Shown here: piece by piece, positions 8,480 through 18,622 of the stretch
Layout of the letters: each line of letters starts with the position of its first letter
Position numbering within the stretch: the first letter of the stretch is position 1
Virus record (IMG/VR): IMGVR_UViG_3300042431_000893
Coordinates: 1 to 59,539 of that record
Length of the DNA stretch: 59,539 bases
Reading direction: 5' to 3' (one strand)
Source: a virus
Taxonomy: Duplodnaviria > Caudoviricetes
Notes under the pieces: model-generated
What the model was told of the DNA's origin: nothing
What the model saw: only the letters and a program-made list of their open reading frames with translations
Database searches by the model: none
Program-made: the position numbers and the translations under genes

Positions 8480-9412
8480 ATGGATGATGTAAAAATAAAC
8501 ACAAGTAAGACATTAACTATTACTTTACCGAGCGACCCTACATCTAATATTGTATCTGTAAGTCTTTATCATGAATTTGGTTCATTGGTAAGTGGGCCAA
8601 CTAATGCGACAAGAACAGGGACTGGCATTTATACGATCACATATGGTCAGCAAGCTTCTGGTATTTATATTTTAAATTCAGCGGGGAAGTATAGAGCCGA
8701 TTTTACCTACACTGTAAGTGGAACATCATATGCGCAATCTCAATACATAAATGTTTACACTCCGTATATTAATAGTGATACATTTTTTGAAGACCACCCA
8801 GAACTAGAAACAGATTGGTCGGATAAATTTGATAAAATGGAAAAGAAAGTAAGAAATATTATTAATACTTTTTGTGGTCAATCTTTTGATTATTTTCCAA
8901 ATAAATATATAGAAATTCAAGGCTCTGGTAAAAAAGTAATTCACCTCCCTATTCCAATTTCTACTTTGAGAAAAGTAACAGTCAATGTTGGGGATTCAGA
9001 CCAGGCTGTTGTACATGATTACACTGATGCAACTTTAAATAATATTGAAAAAACTAAAGAGCCTCATAATTTTGGTAGCACATATTATCTACAATATAAG
9101 AAATCATTATTAGATAGTATCCAGACTCTTATTGCAACTGCCAAGTTTGATGCTGAAGATGATTATAAAATTGAAGGTGATTTTGGCTGGCAATTTGTTC
9201 CAAATAATATTGAGCAAGCCGCTGACCTACTTTTAGAAGATATGATGAACGATGATTCTGAATACAGAAGGCATGGAATTTATCGTGTTGACATGGACAC
9301 TATTGAATACGAAACTAAGAAAGATGTGTCATTCTACGAATCCACCGGAAATATTGATGCCGATGTTTTATTGATGGACTATACATTGTTTGTAATGGAC
9401 TATGTGGTTTAA
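8480..9412 (+). CDS. Head-tail adaptor-like protein with N-terminal Ig-like extension
   Basis: INTFCGQSF...GDFGW..VPNNIEQAA..L pattern and position; start moved to ATG 8480 after TGTTATAAT (8463-8471). Confidence 0.7.
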   Translation: MDDVKINTSKTLTITLPSDPTSNIVSVSLYHEFGSLVSGPTNATRTGTGIYTITYGQQASGIYILNSAGKYRADFTYTVSGTSYAQSQYINVYTPYINSDTFFEDHPELETDWSDKFDKMEKKVRNIINTFCGQSFDYFPNKYIEIQGSGKKVIHLPIPISTLRKVTVNVGDSDQAVVHDYTDATLNNIEKTKEPHNFGSTYYLQYKKSLLDSIQTLIATAKFDAEDDYKIEGDFGWQFVPNNIEQAADLLLEDMMNDDSEYRRHGIYRVDMDTIEYETKKDVSFYESTGNIDADVLLMDYTLFVMDYVV

Positions 9413-9787
9413 ATGTCTAACGGAACTTTTTTAAAACTTCCGCATGAGATTGATGTTTATACAAAAACAACAACTGTAAATGCAGCAGGGCAAAGGGCGA
9501 CAACATACGCTTTAGCTGGGACAATTAAAGCCTTATATCAGGCGATGTCTTCGGAAAGAAGAACATACCCATATACGGACAATATTGATGAAATAGAATT
9601 TTATATTTCTTACAAAGATGCAGCTTATGCTTCGTATAGCAATCGCATCAGAAATGTGGTTGATAAGTATGGCAATGTTATTGAAGTTGGACCTGTGGAG
9701 ATTGTAAATATCCATAAACAAATTGGATTTAATGGTAAAGTCAGACAAGTCCTTTTGACTTGCAGGAAGGTTGTAGAGAATGCTTAA
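9413..9787 (+). CDS. Putative head closure (stopper) protein
   Basis: Size, beta-rich sequence and position after the adaptor. Confidence 0.55.
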   Translation: MSNGTFLKLPHEIDVYTKTTTVNAAGQRATTYALAGTIKALYQAMSSERRTYPYTDNIDEIEFYISYKDAAYASYSNRIRNVVDKYGNVIEVGPVEIVNIHKQIGFNGKVRQVLLTCRKVVENA

Positions 9788-10322
9788 AATTTCAATTAAT
9801 AAAACAGCAAGTGCTCAAATGGAATACGCCGCTCTTAATACACAAATTTTACCATTAAGATTACAAGCTGCTCAGATGAGAGCGATAAATGCTGCTGAAG
9901 AGAAGTTAAAAAATAGACTTCCTGAAATATCAAGAGCGGCTAGGTATTTAGAAGTAAAAGCTATGCAGTTTGGACCTGTTGGAGCAAAACTGGTGATCTC
10001 TCCAGCTAAGAGTTCTAAATCAGGGAGGAATGGAAGAAATGTTCAGATTGCTTCATCAATAGTTTTAACCGGCAAAAAAGGCGGCGGATATATTTATCCT
10101 AAGAAAAAAGATGCTATGAAATTACGTTCAGAAAGTATCGCTGAAGGTTATGGCCAATTCTATAAGCGTGTTAAGAAAGCTAGAATTAAAAGTAAGAGAC
10201 CAGAGGTTAGAGAACTTGCTAGACAAGTAGTTGTTGATTTAATTAGTCAATCACTGACAAAAGAAGGATTCGGGAAGAGAGGTGGGGTTTCAAGACCATC
10301 TACTGATATCCCAAGAGGGTAA
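9780..10322 (+). CDS. Putative tail completion/neck protein
   Basis: Basic protein in the canonical neck position; IYPKKKDAM motif. Confidence 0.5.
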   Translation: MLKISINKTASAQMEYAALNTQILPLRLQAAQMRAINAAEEKLKNRLPEISRAARYLEVKAMQFGPVGAKLVISPAKSSKSGRNGRNVQIASSIVLTGKKGGGYIYPKKKDAMKLRSESIAEGYGQFYKRVKKARIKSKRPEVRELARQVVVDLISQSLTKEGFGKRGGVSRPSTDIPRG

Positions 10323-10324
10323 TC

Positions 10325-10735
10325 ATGCCAATAAGTGTCTACGATGTAAATACATTTTTAAGAGCCGATGCTACATTAACAAGCATTGCTGGGAAAGTGA
10401 TGAACTTTTTCCCAGTAGTTGGTTATGGTTCAGAAGCCGCTCCGTTTGTGGTATATTACTACGAGCCAGGTACTCCTTCAATTGAATCTTATTGGATAAG
10501 AAGAGATGCTGTTAGGTATTCAATTTATGATTCGGATGTCGCTCGCTTGTTCAGTATATCTGAAAGATTTATTGCGCTGCTTGGGCAATCAGATGAGGTT
10601 CAAGGTACAATCCCTAGTTCTAATGTCAGGATTTTAAATTCATTTTTATATTCTACAAATCTAACCGAGCCTATAGAAAAAGAGGGTTGGTATTTAATGG
10701 ATATGGATTTTTACTTAATATCAGTAAGCCTTTGA
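10325..10735 (+). CDS. Putative tail terminator
   Basis: L..D..L....G....FP......APFVVY pattern, upstream of the tail tube gene. Confidence 0.6.
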   Translation: MPISVYDVNTFLRADATLTSIAGKVMNFFPVVGYGSEAAPFVVYYYEPGTPSIESYWIRRDAVRYSIYDSDVARLFSISERFIALLGQSDEVQGTIPSSNVRILNSFLYSTNLTEPIEKEGWYLMDMDFYLISVSL

Positions 10736-10760
10736 TGGATTTGTGGTAGAATAAATATAT

Positions 10761-10955
10761 ATGAAGTATAATGTAATTACATATATCGGCAAGACCCCAG
10801 GGTTTGTCGTTAAATTAGGTTCTAAGGTTTATGATTTTGAATGGCAGAAAGGCGTTGGTGTCGGAACCCGTTCGGATGAGATAAACCCAGATCACGCTAA
10901 GAAGATATCTTCCTGGCGGGACCGCAAGGGTAAAAAAATATTTATCCTTGAATAA
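10761..10955 (+). CDS. Hypothetical protein
   Basis: 64-aa ORF; TGGTAGAAT (10744-10752) lies 8 nt before ATG. Confidence 0.6.
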   Translation: MKYNVITYIGKTPGFVVKLGSKVYDFEWQKGVGVGTRSDEINPDHAKKISSWRDRKGKKIFILE

Positions 10956-10973
10956 ATTTTATGGAGGAATAAA

Positions 10974-11552
10974 ATGGCAGTAACAGTTTCAAATATTGTT
11001 GTTGGAGAAGCCGAGGTAAAAACCGGAGAATCAAACGTAGCAATGAATCTTGCAGGCTTTGATGCACTTACAAGCGTAGGCGCAACAACAGGTGGTGTTG
11101 AAATTTCATGGGAACCAGATATGGTTGACATTGAGATTGATCAATACGGAGATGCCGCAAAAGTAATTCAATCAAAAGTTAAGGTAATGGTTAAGACAAC
11201 TCTCGCTGAGGGTACATTAAATAACCTTGCAACAGCATGGAGTTATGACAACTCTACTGGTGGAGCAGATATTAAAGCAAACCAAGATGGAGCAAACACT
11301 AAAACACTTATGTTTGGTTCGCAAGGAGTATATCCTTTTGAATATGCTTTGCAAATTGTTGGAAACGCACCGGGCTCAACAGCTTCGGTAACTAAGACAC
11401 GTAAGTTTAATACAAAACGAGCAGTGTCTTTTGCATCTTCAATGATTTCAATGAAGCGTTCAGAAGCTACAGTGTTTGAAGTATCGTTTAGAGTACTTCC
11501 AGTAACTGATGATACCGGATACGAATACGGCAAAATCATTGACCAAATCTAA
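10974..11552 (+). CDS. Major tail tube protein
   Basis: NIVVGEA...VGATTGGVEISWEP...IDQ...TTLAEGTLNNL; GGAGG RBS; upstream of chaperone and tape measure. Confidence 0.85.
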   Translation: MAVTVSNIVVGEAEVKTGESNVAMNLAGFDALTSVGATTGGVEISWEPDMVDIEIDQYGDAAKVIQSKVKVMVKTTLAEGTLNNLATAWSYDNSTGGADIKANQDGANTKTLMFGSQGVYPFEYALQIVGNAPGSTASVTKTRKFNTKRAVSFASSMISMKRSEATVFEVSFRVLPVTDDTGYEYGKIIDQI

Positions 11553-11588
11553 TATCTTTAATTAGATATACAATTTGTACCAAATTGA

Positions 11589-11634
11589 GAAAATCCCTTG
11601 GGCAGGTATGCTATACTTTGTCCAAGGGATTTTC
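11589..11634 (+). terminator. Long hairpin after the tail tube gene, with an extended -10 at its apex
   Basis: GAAAATCCCTTGGGCA pairs with TGTCCAAGGGATTTTC; TGCTATACT at 11609-11617. Confidence 0.6.
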
Positions 11635-11661
11635 CCTATTATCAACAAGGATGGTATGTAA

Positions 11662-11973
11662 ATGAGTGATAAGAATGTAGACCTTTTTAAAGGTACTGAA
11701 ATTACTTTTGCGGATGGGGTTAAGCGTGTTGTTAAGCCTCTTACGATTAAACATTTGCGTGAATTTATGAAAGTTGCAAATGAAATGAAAACCAATGATG
11801 AAGCAGGCATGACTGACGAGGACATTGATAAAATGATTTCCGCAGCATCAATTGCCTTGCGTAAAGCAGACCCAGTTTTAGCTGCAGATAGAGAATTGCT
11901 TGAAGATGTTCTTGACCTTAGAACATTCGGTGAAGTAATGGCTGCCGCAATGGGATCAGACCCAAACCAGTAA
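11662..11973 (+). CDS. Tail assembly chaperone (gpG-like)
   Basis: Lies between tail tube and tape measure; ends just after a slippery heptamer. Confidence 0.8.
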   Translation: MSDKNVDLFKGTEITFADGVKRVVKPLTIKHLREFMKVANEMKTNDEAGMTDEDIDKMISAASIALRKADPVLAADRELLEDVLDLRTFGEVMAAAMGSDPNQ

Positions 11974-12305
11974 ATAGGGTTGGGGGTGGAGATAATTCAC
12001 CCCTTGTTTGGGAAGATATACCCTTAGTAAAATACGAATCAGAAATATTTGTTCAGACAGGTGCTTGGCATAGTCTTGAGCAATTAGAAGAGTCATTAAT
12101 TTTGCATGAGATGTTTTTGCTTTATCGTGCATGCACTAACGAGTTTAGTAAAAACATGAAAGCTCTTGCTGCCTCTCAAGGGGCCGATGTTGACTTTGAA
12201 GATGATTGGTACGATCAATCGGATAATATAAGAGATCATGCTATTACTCAAACTGAAGTAAGAATGCTCCCACAAGGGTTTGGCTTGGGTTATAGCACAG
12301 AATGA
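11662..12305 (+). CDS. Extended tail chaperone (gpGT-like) via -1 frameshift
   Basis: C CCA AAC at 11961-11967; the -1 frame is open (PVNRVGGGDNSPLVWEDIPL...) and joins ORF 12102-12305; downstream hairpin GGGGTG/CACCCC. Confidence 0.8.
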
Positions 12306-12353
12306 CAATTGCTTTTTTGTCAATAAAATGCGATAATTTACATTGGTACAACT

Positions 12354-15300
12354 ATGTCTGATGTAGATATTATAATTAATGTTGCAACGCAGGGCGCAAA
12401 ATCAATCACTGATTTAAGCGCTTCTTTGCGTTCATTAAACAAAGGTTTAGTTGACTTAAATATACCGCTTAAGAAATTAGATGCTCACAGCCAAGCTGTA
12501 GCTAAAGCTTTGGGTATGGGCGCAAGAAGCGCCAACGATCACGCTAAAACACTTAAAGGGTTAATCACTAATCAAAAAGCTCTTGGTGCTGAAACTAGAA
12601 GAATAAGAACAGAAATTGGAGCATATCGCGCAGCAATTGGTTTTGCTGGGTCAAGCAACAAATCTTTTGCAGATTCTGCCCGTAGATCAGTAACCGAACT
12701 TAAGGCAATGGATAGAGCATTGCGAGGAATGCGAATTAGAGCATTCGGTTCAGACCTGCGAGCAACATCTACCAGAATTCAAAAAATTGGTAAAGATGCA
12801 CAGTTTGTAGGTAGAAGCTTAATGATTAACTTAACAGCTCCTTTAACGCTGTTTGCAAGAGCTGGGTTCCAACAACTTATTGCTGTTGATAAAGAACTTG
12901 TTCGTTTAACTAAAGTTCTTGACAACGTTGCACTCTCTGCTGAGCAAGCTAATAGAAAACTTGGTCCAGGTGCTACTCCTAAACAAGTTCAAGGTTTAAC
13001 TAATGCTTTTAATAATTTAAATATTGAATTAACAAAAATTAGTTCCAACTATGGTGTGTCAAAACAACTTGTTGTTGGTCTTGCATCAGATTTTGCAGAA
13101 TTGGGTATTACTGGTCATGAAAGCATTTTGGCTTTAACCGAATTGACTGCTCAAATTGAAAAACTTGGTGCAATGGATATCAGTGGAGCTCAAGATTTAA
13201 CTCAAGCATTATATTTCCAATCAGTTAGAGCTTATGAAAATACCGGTGCTTTCAAAGGCATGACGAGTGCAATTGATAGAGAGGCTCTCGCTGTTAAAGC
13301 CGCTACTACTCAAATGCAATTGTTTAACGCCATTGAAAACGTAACAGCATTAACGCTAAAAGATTTAGGTCAGGCATTCCCAGAAGTTGCATCAATGGCT
13401 GTCTCATTTGGTTTGTCTATGACAGAAGCAGCCGCTTTGCTTGCTCCGATGAAAGCCGCTGGTTTAGATGTTGGAGCATCAGCTAACTCAATTAAAGTAT
13501 CTTTGCAGAGAGCATTAAGCCCTACTACTAAAAATATAAAAATTTTACAAGGGCTTGCTGAATCTTTTGGAGAAGCTGGTAATGCTTCAAGCGCATTTGC
13601 GACTGCAAATAAAACTGGTTTAACAGGTCTGCAATCTATCACTGAAATTTTTGACAAGGTTATGGCTTCTGAGGCAGGCATGGAAGGAGCAATGAAGTTG
13701 ATGTCAAACTTGTTTGAGAAACGACAGGGGCCGCGTATGTTTCTTGCTATTGAACAACTTTCTCTATTTAACAAAGAATTAAATATAGCGACTAGGGGAT
13801 CGCAAACTGCTGAGGGTTTACTAGCCGGTGTTGCTGAAAACGCATTAAGACAATTTAATATTTTAAATAAAACAGCTTTGCCAGAAACTGTTAATAACTT
13901 TAAAGATATTGGTATCATTGCAAGAATCGCAACTGCTCATAGTGGGCAGATGGTTGAAGGTTTTGGAAAAGTTAATACTGCTCAAATTAAAACAGCTAAA
14001 GAAGCAAGAAAAGCCGTTGCTGACAGAATTCTATTAGAAAAACAATCTAAAGGAAGAGATGTTGTTTCTGAAGTAAAAACAGAAACAGGTCGAGCAATGA
14101 TCGTTGAGCTTGCTGGTGCGTCTAACGCTGCGGAAGTTGCAAATGCTGAATTAGGAGAATCTCTTAAGGCATTGTCGGTTGTTACAGAAAGACTAAAAAA
14201 TAATTTTAAACTTTTTGCTGCTGACATTATGAGAGCAGTAGTGCCTACCTTGCAAAAATTAAGTGACAAAGTTCAAGAGTTGATGGATAAATGGAATAAC
14301 TCTACTCAAGAATTTAGAGATCGGGTTTCTAAAGTAATTACAATTATCGTAGCCTTCCTTGCAGCGCTTGGTCCTGTAGTTCTTGCTATCGGAACCATGC
14401 AGGCTGTTACCGGAGTTTTAGGTAGAGCGGTTGCTGTATTCATTCCTAAACTGAGGACTGAAACAGGAGCGTTTATTGGATTAGGAAGAGCTATTCAAGG
14501 GGCAACTGCTTCATTAGCTGCGCATAACGCTGTTCAAAATAAAACATTTTTAGGTGCAATTAAAAATAAATTGCTTGGTAAAGCGGATGTTCGGAAACCG
14601 CAAGTTGCGATAGATCAAATAACAGCAAAACAAAGAGGGTTGTTTAAGGGTGTTTATGACCCAATCTCAAAACCAAAAATGACCAACAAGGCAATGATTG
14701 CTGAAGAGCAATTAAGCGCATTTAAAAAACGAACAGGACTTCCTGCTCGTGAGTTTAAAAGAACACAAAGATTTGCTGATGCCGCGGCAACGGGCGCAAA
14801 ACTTTCTAAAAAAGATGCATTGTATCTTTCGGATTTACAATTTAATAAACCTCTTGCGGCTTTTCAAGCTCATAGTGCCGCTGTACAGTCAATGCCTTCA
14901 ATTTTGGCAGAAGGTCAAACGGCAGCGGCTCCAAGAATTGCAGACGCAAAAAGACAAAGAAAAATTTTTAAACAAGCTCCGGGTTTTGCTAAAGCTGGAG
15001 TTACCACTGATCGTTTAGGAACTCAATTCTTTTCGGGAGGCGGCACAGCAATTAGCGAAAAACGAGCTGGGCAGCTTGCAACAGGTCAACTCCGTGGTCG
15101 TGTTGGTCTTGCTAAAGATGCAGCTATGTCAGGCATTAAGGATGTTGGTGTTAAAGGAAAAAATCTAGGAAAAGGTTTTGTTGATGCAGTAAACCCAGTA
15201 AAGCAATATAGATCAGCAATTAATGGGGCAAGGGTATCTATGGCAGCTCTTGATGCCCAAAATAAATTATACCCTTTAGCCGCGCAAGGTGGATTTGCCA

Positions 15301-18206
15301 AAGCTCGTGTTGCAGTAATGGGATTTGTAAAAGGAATTAAATTTGCAAATACTGCAATGAAGATTTTAAGAATGACAATGATTGCGTCTGGTATTGGGGC
15401 AATACTTCTAGTAATTGCAGTGGCTGTTATGGCTGTAATGAAAAATATGGACAAATTTAAAGCCGGAGCAAAACCTGCGCTTGATGCAATATCTACTGCT
15501 TTTGGAAAAATTAAATATGCAATAGGTGAAGTGATTAGGCCTATTCTTGATTTGTTTGGAATGTTCGGCAAAGGCGAAGATGCTGGCGAAAGTGCCGCAA
15601 ATGGTATTGGTTCAATATTTGCAAAACTAGCACCTGTTATAACATTCTTGGGAGACCTGATATCAGATTTACTCTACAATGTTGTTCGCCCAATATTCCA
15701 GGCAATTGCAAATGCTGTTATGGCTGTGGTTAGTATATTTCAAGGAAAATGGAAAGCTGCGTTTGGGTTCTTAGTTGCGGCTTTAGCGAATATTGGGAAG
15801 ATGTTTGTTAATGTTTGGATGATGGTCGCTAATGCAAGTATTTCTATTATTACTGGTATGGCAAAAGCTGTTGTAAACATATTTTTCCTTATGTTAAATA
15901 AAGTAATTGACATGTATCTAAGTGCCATAACTTCACTTGCTAACGGCGCTGCAAATCTTCTTGATAAAGTCGGTCTTGACGGTCTTGCTAAAAAAATAAG
16001 AAGCGGTGTTTCTTCTATAAGCAGTTCTGTTAAAGGCGCTAGTAAGGCTATTCAAGGTGGAATTATTGGGGGTATTGACGCTGCTGGTGATTTTGCTAAG
16101 AAAGCTGTAACTAAAATAGGAACAACTCTTAAGAGTGGATTAGAAAAAGGTACATCTAAAGGAATGAAGTCAAGTACCGGAGCAATTTTTGGCGCTAAGG
16201 ATAATATCGTAGATGCTGGTAAAGAAGTAGGCGAAGCCGGTGGAGAAGCGATTGCTAACGCTATGGGTGATGCTGCTGGAGAAGCTGGTGACAAAGCCGG
16301 TAAAGCAATTAAAGATGGCATAAAAGAAGCTGCTCAAAAGTTGCAAGATTATGTTCGTGATGCATTTAAATCGGCATTAGACAAGATGATTGACGCAACT
16401 GTTGCGGCAATGAAAAAACAAAAAGAAGCTGGTCTTAAAGTATTTGATGTTCAACTTAAGACTCTTGAGAAGTTAGAAAAAGCAGAAGAGTCATTAACAA
16501 AGACAAAAGAATATCAACAGAATCTAAGAAAGATTCTTGATGACAGAGATTTAAATCGTGCTAATTACATTCGTAACCGTGCTCTTGCTATCTACGAAGG
16601 TCGTGTTGATGATGCTCGTATGCTTGACCTTGAGCAACAAGGAACAGAGAAAAGCTCTGTTGCGGATGAAGTTTCTCTTGTTGATAGCCGAAGAAAAGAT
16701 TTAGCAGCAGAAAATCTTGCTGCGCTTAGAGAAGCAATTGCTGAGGCTAAGGAAAAAGCTGGAGAGCTTTTTGACCTTCAAATTGAAGCATTCCAGAAAG
16801 CTGCTGCTGACATAATCAAGATTGGTCCAGTAACAATTGAGCAATATACTGTAATGCAAAAAGAGTTAGAGACTCTTGCGAATACTTCTTCAACAAAAAT
16901 GAATGAAGATTTTGGAACCATGTTTGAAAATTTTGTTACAACAATTGGTGATAAAATGCCGAACAAGGTTGTTGGGGCATTCTCTACAAGTCTTGATCTA
17001 TTGGTAGCTGAAGCGCAATCCAAATATGGTCTTGGTTCTGATCCATCAGAGAATACTATTATTGGCGTTACTCTTGGAATGCTCACAAGCATTGGCGACA
17101 AGATGGGTGAGGGTGGTCCGGCTGTTGTGGAAGCGTTTGGTGCAATCACAACTGATTTGCATGGTAATTTCACAACGGCAAAAGATGCAATTTTAGTAGA
17201 TGTTCAAGAAGCATTCTTAGCTCCATTTAAGAAAGCATTTGATGAAGCTGACCCAACGGCAGTGTTCAATCAAGCAATCAAAGATGGCAACCTTGCTATG
17301 TTAAGGGATTTTGAAAATACTCTTGAATTGAATAAAGCATTGATGGACAAAATGGCTGCGAATCTTGATCCAGCAATTTTAAAATACATACAGCTTAAAG
17401 CCGCTATTGATGCTGCAAATGATGCCGCTGCGGGTGGCGGTGGAGGCGGTGCTGCTGCTGGGTATACAGGAAATGTTAAAAATATGGTTAACCCGATGGG
17501 TAGTAAAACAGCGGATTCATATTTAGCAAATCTGGCATTACAAAAACAAATTACACCAATTGTAAACGCTGGTCAAAAATTAATTGCTCAAAATTTAGAT
17601 CGTGGTCGTGTTCCAGAAAATAAATATAATTTAAATCAACCTAATTATAGTATCTTTATACCTAAAGCTACTCAGGTAAAACCAGGTTTTAAAGAAGGTG
17701 GATACATTCCAGCTCCAGAAACTCAAGGAGTGCCTGCGTTACTGCATGGCGGAGAATATGTCCTTAACGCTAAAGCTGTTAAGAGGATAGGCGTTTTTGC
17801 TTTGGAAAAAATCAATAACAACATGATGCCTAAATTTAAAAAAGGTGGATATGTTTCTGAAAAAGGAAGTGTAAATAACACTCCATCATTTAAAAAAGGC
17901 GGGTATGTTCCAAAAATGAATTCAATGCCTGTTCCATTAATTTTTAATGGTGGTATTAGCGCAATCCGAAATATTAATAATGCAAAATTTACTGCTCCAT
18001 CTGGCTCCCCATCGTATTCTGGTTCTGGTCAAACATCTAGCGTTTCAACTGTCAATATTAATGTTGATACATTTATTGGAGAAGAAGAATGGTTTAAGGG
18101 AATGATGAAAGACTATAACATCAACATCCTTCCTCGCATGCAAAAAAATGCTGGAAATGAAACAAGATCATTTACCACATATAACGGAATCAACCAGGGA
18201 ATGTAA
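12354..18206 (+). CDS. Tape measure protein
   Basis: 1950 aa, Ala/Gly-rich and helical, TP901-like core, C-terminal FKEGG...LHGGEYVLN. Confidence 0.95.
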   Translation: MSDVDIIINVATQGAKSITDLSASLRSLNKGLVDLNIPLKKLDAHSQAVAKALGMGARSANDHAKTLKGLITNQKALGAETRRIRTEIGAYRAAIGFAGSSNKSFADSARRSVTELKAMDRALRGMRIRAFGSDLRATSTRIQKIGKDAQFVGRSLMINLTAPLTLFARAGFQQLIAVDKELVRLTKVLDNVALSAEQANRKLGPGATPKQVQGLTNAFNNLNIELTKISSNYGVSKQLVVGLASDFAELGITGHESILALTELTAQIEKLGAMDISGAQDLTQALYFQSVRAYENTGAFKGMTSAIDREALAVKAATTQMQLFNAIENVTALTLKDLGQAFPEVASMAVSFGLSMTEAAALLAPMKAAGLDVGASANSIKVSLQRALSPTTKNIKILQGLAESFGEAGNASSAFATANKTGLTGLQSITEIFDKVMASEAGMEGAMKLMSNLFEKRQGPRMFLAIEQLSLFNKELNIATRGSQTAEGLLAGVAENALRQFNILNKTALPETVNNFKDIGIIARIATAHSGQMVEGFGKVNTAQIKTAKEARKAVADRILLEKQSKGRDVVSEVKTETGRAMIVELAGASNAAEVANAELGESLKALSVVTERLKNNFKLFAADIMRAVVPTLQKLSDKVQELMDKWNNSTQEFRDRVSKVITIIVAFLAALGPVVLAIGTMQAVTGVLGRAVAVFIPKLRTETGAFIGLGRAIQGATASLAAHNAVQNKTFLGAIKNKLLGKADVRKPQVAIDQITAKQRGLFKGVYDPISKPKMTNKAMIAEEQLSAFKKRTGLPAREFKRTQRFADAAATGAKLSKKDALYLSDLQFNKPLAAFQAHSAAVQSMPSILAEGQTAAAPRIADAKRQRKIFKQAPGFAKAGVTTDRLGTQFFSGGGTAISEKRAGQLATGQLRGRVGLAKDAAMSGIKDVGVKGKNLGKGFVDAVNPVKQYRSAINGARVSMAALDAQNKLYPLAAQGGFAKARVAVMGFVKGIKFANTAMKILRMTMIASGIGAILLVIAVAVMAVMKNMDKFKAGAKPALDAISTAFGKIKYAIGEVIRPILDLFGMFGKGEDAGESAANGIGSIFAKLAPVITFLGDLISDLLYNVVRPIFQAIANAVMAVVSIFQGKWKAAFGFLVAALANIGKMFVNVWMMVANASISIITGMAKAVVNIFFLMLNKVIDMYLSAITSLANGAANLLDKVGLDGLAKKIRSGVSSISSSVKGASKAIQGGIIGGIDAAGDFAKKAVTKIGTTLKSGLEKGTSKGMKSSTGAIFGAKDNIVDAGKEVGEAGGEAIANAMGDAAGEAGDKAGKAIKDGIKEAAQKLQDYVRDAFKSALDKMIDATVAAMKKQKEAGLKVFDVQLKTLEKLEKAEESLTKTKEYQQNLRKILDDRDLNRANYIRNRALAIYEGRVDDARMLDLEQQGTEKSSVADEVSLVDSRRKDLAAENLAALREAIAEAKEKAGELFDLQIEAFQKAAADIIKIGPVTIEQYTVMQKELETLANTSSTKMNEDFGTMFENFVTTIGDKMPNKVVGAFSTSLDLLVAEAQSKYGLGSDPSENTIIGVTLGMLTSIGDKMGEGGPAVVEAFGAITTDLHGNFTTAKDAILVDVQEAFLAPFKKAFDEADPTAVFNQAIKDGNLAMLRDFENTLELNKALMDKMAANLDPAILKYIQLKAAIDAANDAAAGGGGGGAAAGYTGNVKNMVNPMGSKTADSYLANLALQKQITPIVNAGQKLIAQNLDRGRVPENKYNLNQPNYSIFIPKATQVKPGFKEGGYIPAPETQGVPALLHGGEYVLNAKAVKRIGVFALEKINNNMMPKFKKGGYVSEKGSVNNTPSFKKGGYVPKMNSMPVPLIFNGGISAIRNINNAKFTAPSGSPSYSGSGQTSSVSTVNINVDTFIGEEEWFKGMMKDYNINILPRMQKNAGNETRSFTTYNGINQGM

Positions 18207-18622
18207 TGAGTATTCAAAATCAACAAACCACAATAACTCATCTTGTAAAATTAAACGGGTTTGAGATTACAGAGCATAATAGAAAATTTGATGGCGGTAC
18301 AGCTATTAGTGCTAATGATATTGAATTAATCAACGGGGATAAAAAAAGGTATATCAGGAATAATAAAAATTTATATAATTTTAATTTTACATATCTTCCA
18401 TCTTTACAGACACATACCGTAGATGGCAGAAGAGGGCGTGATTATTTATATTCTATCGCTATGACCCCAGCAAGTGTTTCGTTATCAATCAAACTTGATC
18501 CGGAAGAAAATTTTTATACAACTACAGTATATGTGGAGTCTTATAGCGAAACTCTGATAAGAAGGGATTTAACATCTCAGTGTTCTTATTATGATGTGAC
18601 TATAAGTTTTAAAGAGGCTTAA
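18206..18622 (+). CDS. Distal tail (Dit-like) protein
   Basis: Immediately after the tape measure gene; 138-aa beta-rich protein. Confidence 0.55.
   Translation: MSIQNQQTTITHLVKLNGFEITEHNRKFDGGTAISANDIELINGDKKRYIRNNKNLYNFNFTYLPSLQTHTVDGRRGRDYLYSIAMTPASVSLSIKLDPEENFYTTTVYVESYSETLIRRDLTSQCSYYDVTISFKEA

Noticed and set aside
13370-17173. Minus-strand ORFs within the tape measure gene
   Set aside because: Typical antisense shadows of Ala/Gly-rich coding sequence.
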